Source: Catajapyx aquilonaris (Eukaryota). Taken from it: 20,000 nucleotides of DNA. Shown one piece after another: positions 10,201 to 20,000 of this stretch (position 1 is the first letter of the stretch; the number at the start of each line of letters is the position of its first letter). Made by a program: the position numbers and the translations under genes. The notes beneath the pieces were generated by a model. It worked only from the letters and a program-made list of their open reading frames with translations, was not told the DNA's origin and ran no database searches. Location: assembly GCA_000934665.2 (NCBI GenBank), contig KZ537968.1:177151-197150 (forward strand). The letters run 5' to 3'.

Positions 10201-13200
10201 GTCCTATTGACACGTGGGCGGAGCTAGTCATCACATCTCTCCCCCACCGGCGCCTTTTCCCCTGAGTCTGCTATCGCAGCTAACTGAAAAAAAAACATGC
10301 AGTTCACAACAAGAGGCCAAAGGGTTTGGACGTCATGTTGAGGTCTCTGGTGCACAAGACTAGGCACAAGCTGAGGCCGTAGTTCGCCGTGTACGGACCG
10401 TATTCAACCGGACTCTATGGGGGTTGAAAACGGGCTCGGATATGGTGAGTACAGTGTATACCATAAGGTATGGATATAATTTGCCTGATTAGACAAGGGC
10501 GGTGTCTGGGGAAATCCGGAGAAATATCACAAAAATGTTTGCTGAGATAGCAAAAAAAAGTAGGTGGAAAGAAAATTGCGAAAAACTCGAACACGGATAT
10601 AGCATACGCAACATCGCAAGAGGGCACAGCTGACCTCCTTTACAAAAAGACCGCTCCTTGCACGCATACAACTCAGGAAAATAATCGTAGAACATATACT
10701 CGTCCTGATCTATCTTTAAATAGATTTTTTTTTTAAGAACGCATTTTTGGCAGTTTGCCGGCCGCAAATTGCTGAAGTGCCGGAGAAAAATAAGGTCGTG
10801 GAAGGATCCAACTTCCAACAACCTCAGCGATTTTTTTTTTCTTCTGGTGTTTTTGTCAGAGTACACTGGACCGGAGGGACCGTTCTTTTTATAGTAGACC
10901 CCCCCCCCTCCCAAGGCTCCGGAGGGACAACAATCACTGATGGAGGATCAATACTATTGATCGTGTTCGGTGTCGAAAGAGCAGGACACTACTTGGCACC
11001 CAAATTGGAAAAAGAAAGTGGGGGGAAAACATAAATCGATAGCATATAGAGAAATAATTGAGATTAAATTAAATAGTGCATTAATAATTGTTAAATATTT
11101 ACCCTTGTAAAATGGCATGTTGGTAGTGGATTTGACCTTTTAATAAGCGCCTTACTTACCGAGGGATGTGTGGGATGTGTTTTTTTTTTTAAATGGCACT
11201 GTAACAACAGCTTAAAATAAGCAGCTTAGTGCAAGGTTGTATTTTTTAGGATCATGGCCCAAGTCCATTCGATCACACTGTTTATGAATGATAACGCACA
11301 CAAACTCATTAAAGCAGCACAAGGGCATTGAGCTCTGATAATTACAAACACAGTTTAGCACTACAGGTTAATTCCGGTTTTTTTTCATGAACTTGATGCC
11401 ACTTTGTGTACATCACGAACCGGATAATGGAACATTTCTGAAGAGATTACTGCAACCTTCACATCCAGACCCCCTCGGTTATGGATCTCTGACATATGAC
11501 AGGAACTCCATAGTAATGCAAATTGGAAATCACATGCTGTGTGTTTTGGTGATGGCCTCAGGATCCTGGAAGAAGATATATATTGATTCGCCTAACTCCA
11601 ACATTGACTGAAAAAAAAGCCTATTGATTTCAATCCCAGGATGTCGAGGGGGTTAATGTCACTTCTTTCTTCCTTCATGATTCATCGACATTGGCTGCAT
11701 TTGCATACATCGAATTTTTAAAGTCCGTCGGATGATCCAATAGCAACGACATACACCCCTAGTAATTTCCTGATCCTGATTTTGCCAACATTGCACCTGT
11801 ACTGCGATCTGATCCATAAAGCACAGACCCGGTGATTCATGACATGCGGTACCTCCAAGGGGTGTATCGAAAGCCGTACTTGTACCGCATCCTGTTCTCG
11901 TAATTTTCCAATGATAGCATCCCCACCCATCAGCTACAGGAAAATACGTATTTTGTCGAACACAAAGCTCTTCAATACAGATTAAATGCGCTGTAACTTC
12001 CCTCATGCATGAGATGGCTTTTAATAAATGGGATCGTTTCATCCATTGGGTACGATCGTGCATGTACGGAATGGCCAAATAATGCCTCTTCATGTCTCCG
12101 TTCATTACATGTCCTGTGACATGTTGAGCACAAACAATCCGTCACTCATGCGAGTATCCTCTAGCCAAGGTCATTAGCGTCGGGGAATAAATGACGGTAA
12201 TTAAAATATAGCAGAGTAATTTCATAAGAGGGTCACATATGGCAAAATAATCCAGGGTTTAAGCCTGTGTGTTGACCTTGACCGGATATGATCCATATCA
12301 ACATCGTTACTATGTATAATGGTTCAGAGACCTGATTTGTAAAGGTCGTAAAGTGCTTAATGACCAGACTGACAGATGCGATTTACCGTCTGTTGTTGTG
12401 ACCCTCCTGCACTCTGCCGGTGTATCATTGATATTAATATTGTCGGGTTACTAAGAATGTATTTTATGCATTACGACATCGTTCCGGATCGAAAATTCCA
12501 CTCGAGGGTAAACTACTCCCGGAATTTGGAAACTCCGGTTCGAAATTGCCCGTATGGTACCCTTATTTACGGCCAAATTACGAGCCAGAAAGCCAGAAGG
12601 GAGTCAAAGTAAGGAGCAATTTAGGCTGCTTTTGATGGCGGTTACATCCTTAGGTTATTCCATGGGGATATGAGATCAGAAATGGTGCCCTGATACCACG
12701 CAGTACTAACTTAGTAGCGTTTAATGTCACTTAGAATTACCCTGTTAGTAGCTTTCCATAGGATTGCTGGAACTGGTTTTTGAATGGGTTACGAAACTTC
12801 CATAATAAGGATTTATAAAATAGAAGCGACTTGCATAATAGTTTTTCTACCCATAATAATTTTGGCATTTAAAAAACACTATCGGGACACAGTGCTTCAT
12901 GCCGTCCTTCGGTAAACGTTGTCATTAGGCATATCCTGACTTCCTCATGTAAACTGAAAGTGTGATGAAAGATGAAGGCCAAACACTGTTTGAAGTTAGT
13001 GCGTGCCCAGAAGTTCAATCTGGAAGCGTGCTGTATGGTCACTATGATTCTGGTGGGCAAGCAGGTGACATTTCCGTGAACCGGACTTATTTCACGGTCG
13101 CTTTTCTTATTATATACACTCCAAGGAAAACAAGCTACCGGGTGAAACCGACTTATCCGGCAAATACCAGTTTTAAGTGTAAATTTTATTATTTCTAGAT

Positions 13201-14225
13201 CCTCTTCAGATGATGTAATGCTGAGAACCAAAATTCGGCCACATGACACTTATGCTCTAGAAAATATAGGGATATGGAAGCACATTTCCTGCAATAAAAC
13301 ATTTTCAGGTGAAGGATGAATTATTATTTGCACCACACTGGGTGAGAGTAGGGTGCTATCAAGTACTCAATTGCACACAAGGGGTTACGTCCTTGGGCTC
13401 CTCACAAGTTGAAAAGCGTCATAAAAGTGTCTGAACCAAAATGGGACCAAAGCCCAGCTGCAAACAACTTTTGACTCACACCCCAGTAATGGACTCCAGA
13501 GGAACTGCTCTGAAAATGTAATTACGTGTCAGCTCGACTCAAATCAAACTAGCGGAGAGGAACAGAGATAACAAACTGCGGATGGAACAATCATGCTAAC
13601 AAGTTACACTGTCACTTCCAGAAATCATTACCGACAAAAGTAATTATATGATATGAATTATTCGTGTCAAAATATATTTTTTTGTATGTAAATTTCTGAG
13701 TAAATGAACTTTTCTATACAATATGGGAATATTTGCCCATGTCCTGCAAGCCAATATCTGCATCAGTTTATTCCATAAGTTCATACATTTCCTCCCTGAC
13801 ACTATTTCCCTCCCAGCTTTTGTTCGACAACCTTCCAAGGCCTCCATTATCATTGCTACCAGTTATCAGCTGCAGTCACGATTGAAGCAGATAACATGCT
13901 GCCTACATGTCGACTTCAAGAATAATCTACCGCAATGCATTTCATAATACATTGACGCAATAAAGCGGGTATGTACCGGAAGCATAGAAAGGTTGAAGCA
14001 ATACTGTGTCAGAAAATGTCAAAAGCTTTAAAAGGTTACGATAGAATGATAAATGATGGATGGACAGTTGGAAATAAGGACACAAAATTTTTGGGTGATG
14101 TCATATATGCTGACGACCTCTTGTTGTAATGTATGCATTACAGCCTTGTGTACGACAGACGCAAACAAGTTTTTCTCCAGTCGGTAGTTGAGTGAAAGTG
14201 CATTCCTCAACGTAACCTAAGCAAT

Positions 14226-14310
14226 TATCGATCAAAACATGCAGACGAAACACCATTTCCCTTCGGGATGTTTCGACCTATAAATCTAATGGCGTGAGAT
14301 AGTGAATAGT
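14226..14310 (+). promoter_or_regulatory. Candidate core promoter of the T-synthase gene
   Basis: DRE-like TATCGATC (14226-14233) and TATAAA (14279-14284) lie about 110-170 nt upstream of the proposed ATG at 14396. Confidence 0.3.
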
Positions 14311-14395
14311 GCAAGTGACTCTCGCGCTCTTTTTTTACACCCTACAAAGTGTGATAAATGAGGGTAAAAAAGAGCTACGCCCACCATTGAATACT

Positions 14396-16914
14396 ATGGT
14401 AAAGCGTCATCGTGAGCTATTTTGCGTCAAAAATCTGAAGGCTGTGTGTGTATTTAGGATGGAAATGGTATTCATGTGTTGTTATCGGAGCGGGAAATGA
14501 CATGTCCGGATGCATACCAGGAAAAGTGTCATTTCATCTTTAGTGACATGTCTGTGTGCTTAATTTAAATCGTGTGAATTATTATATGATGTAATAATAT
14601 TTTTATAAATCTTTTTCCAGGATCGTCTCACCCACCGCGATCGTTTGGTCGCACTTTTCTGGTCACATTTGGAATGGGGCTGACTTTTGGCTTCGGCTGT
14701 GCATACATCTTGCTCTATGCGTCGCAGTACCCCAACACACTTTTTGCACAGTAAGGCAGCCTGAATGGGTCCTTTTTGAATCATAAATCTGCAAGTAGCT
14801 ATGAATTATTCAGCTAGCATTGTATCACAGAACTGCATGAAAACTGTGCAGCTGTTGTACAGGTGTGCCATTCATATTACCAAGTGCGTGACAGATTGTG
14901 GTGTAACAGTATAGAAATACTGACCTTTTCTTTAGGAAATCTACATTAAAAAATGTATTCTAATAAGTAGCAATTGTTAGAGCCAATAAACTTATAGCAC
15001 ATTTTCTTGCAGTGTCCATAGCCGTGGAGATGCCCACTCGGAAGCAGAGATGGAAGGAGCAGTGGGTCCGGAGCATGACGTTGGGATGCACCGTGCCGAT
15101 GAGGATTTTCATAAAGGTCTGTCTGGAACGTGAGGTGGATGCTCATGGGCATGCTTCCAATATAGTGAACTACAAGGTCCCTTCATTTTCAGGAGAAGAT
15201 GCGGTGGCTGCAGAACTGGCCAAAAGGGTGCGAGTGCTCTGCTGGATTATGACACAGCCAGAGAATCATGAGGCTAAGGCACGTCATGTGTTGGCTACTT
15301 GGGGAAAGAGGTGCAATCGCATTATATTTATGAGCTCTCAAGAAGGTGAGCTTCAATTAGTTTTGTAGCATTTCAGGGTCAGAACCTTTCGTAACGGGTT
15401 AAGCAGAAAGGAAACGGCATGATGAGGCTATGACTTTCTCTCAGCACCAATATTGATGGAAATGATTTAGTACAGGTTGCTAATTTAACACATGCAAGAG
15501 AGGACACCTTCGACATATTTTTACTTGTCTCATTGTGTCTTCCTTTCACTTCATCGGTTATGAAAGGCCCTTACTTTTAAGTGAATTGAACAATCATCTC
15601 TATTGTAGAATCGAGCTTGCCGGCAATTGCACTTAACGTACAAGAAGGGAGGGACAACCTGTGGGCCAAAACCAAAGAAGCATTTCAGTACGTGTATGAA
15701 CACTACTTCAATGACTATGATTGGTTCATGAAGGCGGATGATGACACTTATGTCATAGTTGAGAATCTGAGGTACATGCTGTCTGCTCACAATGCAAGCG
15801 ACCCCATATACTTTGGATGTCGATTCAAGCCATACGTTAAACAAGGCTACATGAGTGGTGGAGCAGGTGTGTAATCACTATTCAATAATATGCATGTGAA
15901 CACAATGTGTGCTAATGAATTTGTCACTGTACTTTTCTAGGTTATGTGCTAAGCAGAGAAGCTCTGAAAAGGTTTGTGGAGCTGGCACTTCCAGACAAAA
16001 CACAATGTAGGCCGGATGCCGGGGGTGCAGAAGATGTGGAAATGGGTAAGTAGATTTTGGATAATCTTTCGATGGTAAATTGTTTTTAATTGATGTGCCA
16101 GGGATGCTAAACTATACTTTCACTATTCACAGGAAAATGTTTGGAAAGTGTAGGGGTCGCTGCAGGGGACACGCGAGACAGCCTTGGTCGTGGAAGGTTT
16201 TTCCCTTTTGTACCTGAACATCATTTGATTCCTGGCCATGTTCCTAAGGATTTTTGGTACTGGCAGTACATTTACTACCCAAGCCAAGAGGTATGTTCCC
16301 ATGTCGTTTTTAAATTGTGAAATAATCAGCCTAGAATGTCAACTTGCCTATGTCTCAGATTCATAAACATAATCGCTCATGTCAATTCACAGACTCATGC
16401 AATATGCCATAAAGTGCATTAGAGTTCTGCATTTATGAACTTGCATTACTTTACATAGTACACAATGAAAACTTTTCTGGCTGGACCAGCATGTAGGCCA
16501 CAAACGTAGTAACAGAGCATTATCAGGAAGTTCAGTGAACCTATACTGTCATTTGCTAGATGGACATGACAATACACTGGCATGCATATTATGCACCCAG
16601 ACTATCACAATTATCTAGTTCTCATCCAAACTGAAGCACAAAAGTAACAGTGTGCCTAATTTCTGACATCTTTTTTTCAGGGGATGGAGTGCTGCTCAGA
16701 TTCAGCTGTCAGTTTCCACTATGTGTCACCAAACCAAATGTATGTCCTAGAGTACTTAATCTACCACCTGCGGCCATATGGAATCATTTCACGTGCACAT
16801 GTAATTCCTCCGACTGAAGAAGTGTCGCCGTCAAGCGTGCCAGAATTAGGTTCTGGGAAACCTGAAGAAGTGCACAGGACGGCCACTGCCCATCCAACTG
16901 ACAGTCAGAGATGA
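14396..16914 (+). CDS. C1GALT1: Glycoprotein-N-acetylgalactosamine 3-beta-galactosyltransferase 1 (core 1 T-synthase, GT31 family), 8 coding exons, ~385 aa
   Basis: Exons: 14396-14411 (MVKRH, least certain), 14621-14750 (TM anchor [27 protein letters not shown]), 15013-15116, 15193-15345 (VRVLCWIMT...TWGKRCN), 15609-15866 (LWAKTK...[10 protein letters not shown]...GYMSGGA), 15941-16045 (GYVLSREAL...AEDVEM), 16133-16290 (GKC...GDTRD...RFFPF), 16681-16914 ([11 protein letters not shown]...[12 protein letters not shown]). All introns are GT-AG with consistent phases; total 1158 nt. Confidence 0.95.
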
Positions 16915-16984
16915 TCGAAGTCAGGTTACGTTCGCAATGGCCAGTAACTACATTCAAGACTGATAAATGTGCTTAGTGGAGGAC

Positions 16985-16990
16985 AATAAA
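16985..16990 (+). terminator. Candidate polyadenylation signal of the T-synthase gene
   Basis: AATAAA about 70 nt after the stop codon, followed by GT-rich sequence. A distal alternative AATAAA lies at 17974-17979. Confidence 0.4.
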
Positions 16991-18059
16991 TGTGTGCGTA
17001 TGTGTGTCCAGATGACAGGAAAGAAAAAGTGTTGTGGTTTGAAAGGCCCTGCGACAGCCAGACATTTCCTTAACATGATATTGACAATGGTGCATTTTGA
17101 TTGCCACTTGTGGCTCAGTCAATAGGACTTTTATGAGTTGTTCATGCATTCCTCTAGCAAGGAATGCGTAAAAGGTCTGTGATGTTCAAGAAGGAAACAT
17201 TGCAGGGAGTACTTTTTGTCAAATTTTGTGTCCCTTCATTTCATGTAAGACTTGTGGGTTGCCTTTTAGATGTGCAGGACTATCAAATTGGTGCCTTCTG
17301 TATAGGGTCTCAAGTCTAGTGTGCTTTCAATGTTCGTGACTACCAGCACATGAAATTGCAGTTTTAAATTTACTGGTGCATAAGATGCTGGTATCTTTTC
17401 TCTTGAAATCATGCATGAAACATTCCAGTCCTGTTTTCCTTTTTATCTATTATTAACACTTGACAGATTCTATTATTTGCATATGCTCTTGTTTTATCTC
17501 TGTTGATGACAGTGCCATTATGTTGTCTGCCAAATGATCTACTTTTAAACTGCGTAATTGCTGAGATGGCAACTACTAAGCAAGAATCCTGCATAATTTT
17601 TAATTGTATGTTGAGTTACTTTTGAAAGCTGTATACCAAAGGAGTTCTCTTCATACTACTTTTAGACTGAATTACACTTATTTTCTTGTCATGTTATTAG
17701 TACATTTTTCAGGCTATTGCAATTTCTTCTACATGTGACAGGAAGTCACTATTGTTTAATTCATGTCACATATTAATACAGTGTAACAACTTGATGATTG
17801 ATACATTACCTGCAGTTGTTTCAGAAACCATCCATAAGTGAATATGTCTCTCAAGTTTAATGCACAATCTGTGATCTACACTCTTCTATACAATTAACTT
17901 AAAACTAGTCAGTATCTTGGCAATTGTTGAGCAGTATTGTAGCCAATACCACTCAATGTTCAAGTGGAATAACAATAAATTGCTCAGTGTACATTTGAAA
18001 ACATTGTACTTGATTATATGATTATATCCATCATAACCATGCCTACCTTACATTCCAGT

Positions 18060-18150
18060 TCGGGTGGCCAGACGTCCTTTTTGAGGAAAGACAGTCCTAC
18101 TTTTGAGCACTCTGTCCTTCGCCCTTTGCCACCACAAGGACGTTAACTTG
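18060..18150 (+). mobile_element. Orphan hAT (Blackjack-like) left end
   Basis: TCGGGTGGCCAGACGTCC resembles the (C/T)AGGGTG(G/A)CCAGACGTCC type of terminus, followed by repeated GTCCT motifs. No right end found; end coordinate is approximate. Confidence 0.4.
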
Positions 18151-18399
18151 CCCTTCTTTTTTGGTGCTCATTTAAAAATAATGAGAAATTTCTGACCTGT
18201 ACTAGAACAGCTGAAACTTCGGGAACTGAACCCCACAATAACCACTGACATACCGTAAGCTTTGTGACATGTGACTTTGTGACTAATCAGTTTTTCGAAT
18301 CTTGTGCCACAATTATATTAAATTTTTTCTGAAACAGGCCCCAGTAGATGGTTGTGCATGTGGTGCCACTTAAAGGCCAGCTTGGAAAGCTCTTATATA

Positions 18400-18969
18400 C
18401 AGTAAAACTTCTATAAGTCGAACTTCCCTAAGTCAAAGTTCTCTATAAGCGATAAGTCGAAGAAAATAATGGTCCCAATGTAAAATAATAGGAAATAAAC
18501 TTCCCTAACTCGAATTTCTATAACTTGAAGTTCTCCATAACTCGAAGTGCTGGCGATGGGATATCAATGCATTTTCAGTCTCCGTAAGTCGACGTTCATG
18601 TTGGCGAGTACGGAAAGTTTTATAATTTCCCAGCCGAAGGGTCGAGAGTAGGCCACATGTACGGAAACGCTCAATTTCCTGATCTCAGTCTACCAGACGT
18701 ACCGCAAGAAGTGTTTGACTCGATTGTGACAATGGAATCCTTGAATCTAAGAGTAGACAATGTACATAACTTTTTTTTGCAACAAAACAATGAGGAACAT
18801 TGTCAGTGTGATAGTGACAGTTATTTTTCAGTTTTGAGCACCTTTCGTCGCTGGATATAAAGGTAGGTTTCATTACAGAGGTCTGTGCTTTAAAAAAACC
18901 TAACTTCTCTAACTCGAATCTTCTATATTTTCCGGTCCCATGGAGATTCGACTTATAGAAGTTTTACTG
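18400..18969. mobile_element. pogo/Tigger-like (Tc1/mariner superfamily) non-autonomous element, 570 bp
   Basis: Perfect 23-bp TIRs CAGTAAAACTTCTATAAGTCGAA / TTCGACTTATAGAAGTTTTACTG, TA on both flanks (18398-18399, 18970-18971), and many internal copies of the AACTTCYMTAASTCGAA motif. Confidence 0.9.
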
Positions 18970-19123
18970 TATAACTGAAATACGCAAATTACCACATTAT
19001 TTTATTTAACACACTAATAACGCTAAAAATGTAACCTAATGAAACATTTTATGGTGATTGTTGAGTTGTATAAATATTGCCGTACGTATTTTGCGGCGCC
19101 CTTTCTTTACGATAAGTACATGT

Positions 19124-19148
19124 GAGAGAGAGAGAGAGAGAGAGAGAG
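19124..19148. repeat. (GA)12 microsatellite
   Basis: Perfect dinucleotide run. Confidence 0.95.
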
Positions 19149-19160
19149 CGTGAGTATCGA

Positions 19161-19250
19161 GGTAGCGCAGTGGTCTAGTGGTTAGGACGATCTCTTCGTA
19201 GCCAGAAGGTTGAAGGATCGAATCCTGAAAGGAAGACGTCGTTTCTTTTT
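19161..19250 (+). mobile_element. tRNA-derived (SINE-head-like) Pol III unit 1
   Basis: A box TGGTCTAGTGG (19171-19181), B box GGATCGAATCC (19215-19225) and T5 run (19246-19250). The D arm resembles tRNA-Glu, but the acceptor and anticodon stems are not intact. Confidence 0.6.
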
Positions 19251-19362
19251 ATCCCTATGGACCTTTCTCTCTGTGACTTCATCTCTCAGTTCACATTTGT
19301 TTCTCTTTGAAGTGCATCTGGTAAATAGGCTAGACCCTTCCAACCCTCACACTCTCGTTGCA

Positions 19363-19457
19363 GCAGAGCGTGGCTTTGTGGTAACGCATCAGACTCTCAA
19401 TCGGGAGATGTGGGTTCAAATCCCGTGTCTCCGTGGTTGAGAGTCAGAAAAAAAAAT
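19363..19457 (+). mobile_element. tRNA-derived (SINE-head-like) Pol III unit 2
   Basis: A box TGGCTTTGTGG (19371-19381), anticodon-like loop CT-CTC-AA, B box GGTTCAAATCC (19413-19423), then an A run. Stems are degenerate. Confidence 0.6.
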
Positions 19458-19535
19458 ATTTGCAGCCGACATCTCTGGCCAAGATGGCGACTGTTCCTTC
19501 GCAGTTTCCCCAACACGTCTTCAGAGGTGACGGAG

Positions 19536-19720
19536 GAGGAGCGAAGAGGAGCGAAGAGGAGCGAAGAGGAGCGAAGAGGAGCGAAGAGGAGCGAAGAGGA
19601 GCGAAGAGGAGCGAAGAGGAGCGAAGAGGAGCGAAGAGGAGCGAAGAGGAGCGAAGAGGAGCGAAGAGGAGCGAAGAGGAGCGAAGAGGAGCGAAGAGGA
19701 GCGAAGAGGAGCGAAGAGGG
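19536..19720. repeat. 10-bp tandem repeat (GCGAAGAGGA)x18
   Basis: 17 perfect copies from 19541 plus one copy with a single mismatch, preceded by a partial GAGGA. Confidence 0.98.
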
Positions 19721-20000
19721 GGAGGGAAGGAGGGGCGATTTTTTTTTTCGTGGCTTCGCTTGTGTTGTCCATCCCGGCAGCCCCCACCCTACTCACCCCA
19801 TAGTCCCTACATTTGTCTTATATCAGGGAGTTCCATTCTCAAACCTATCACCCCTCCAAATATTTAAGTCTACAATTTAAACTATAGGTCCAATAAAATC
19901 ACCAGCACATGCAAATTAATCAGCACACTTTTTAGGGCATTTCCAATGGTGTGTTGCAGCCTGACCTTTGACCTGAAAGGCCCTAATATTAGGTTTTTGG

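Noticed and set aside
12869..13560. Exon-like ORF fragments on both strands
   Set aside because: I found no phase-consistent chain of exons and no recognisable motif.
15012..15192. N-terminal half of ORF 15012-15368 as the start of T-synthase
   Set aside because: It is the wrong frame of exon 3 plus a 76-nt intron; only 15193-15345 is coding in that frame.
19161..19435. Functional tRNA genes (for example tRNA-Glu CTC)
   Set aside because: The acceptor and anticodon stems are mismatched; only the A and B boxes are well preserved.
19489..19524. Hammerhead-ribozyme-like core on the minus strand (CUGAAGA...GAAA-CUG...CAG-UC)
   Set aside because: The core nucleotides and a 3-bp stem III are present, but stem I cannot form and stem II is weak, so this is probably chance.
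19536..19720. CRISPR-like array
   Set aside because: The units are contiguous 10-mers with no spacers, in a eukaryotic context.
19410..19880. ORFs with EEERRGAKRS or LLFAPLRSSS repeats
   Set aside because: They are by-products of a stop-free 10-bp tandem repeat.

Overview
Eukaryotic genomic DNA with short GT-AG introns, most likely from an invertebrate (inferred, probably an arthropod). Two spliced genes can be rebuilt by hand with consistent intron phases. (1) A 5-exon minus-strand gene (2111->450, 348 aa) encodes a secreted protein: signal peptide, Cys-rich CUB domain, Pro/Thr stalk with (P-T-Y-T-Y/H) repeats and a Trp-rich tail. (2) An 8-exon plus-strand core 1 beta-1,3-galactosyltransferase (T-synthase, C1GALT1 family; 14396->16914, about 385 aa). 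The roughly 12 kb between them and the last 2 kb appear to be mostly repeat-derived: a hAT-type MITE, a pogo/Tigger-type MITE, orphan transposon ends, an LTR-like fragment, microsatellites, a 10-bp tandem array and several exon-like fragments that do not join into a gene. The most unusual items are the CUB/Tyr-repeat protein and two tRNA-like Pol III units 200 bp apart, each followed by a segment complementary to its own anticodon arm. All family assignments come from motif recognition by eye; no database searches were run.
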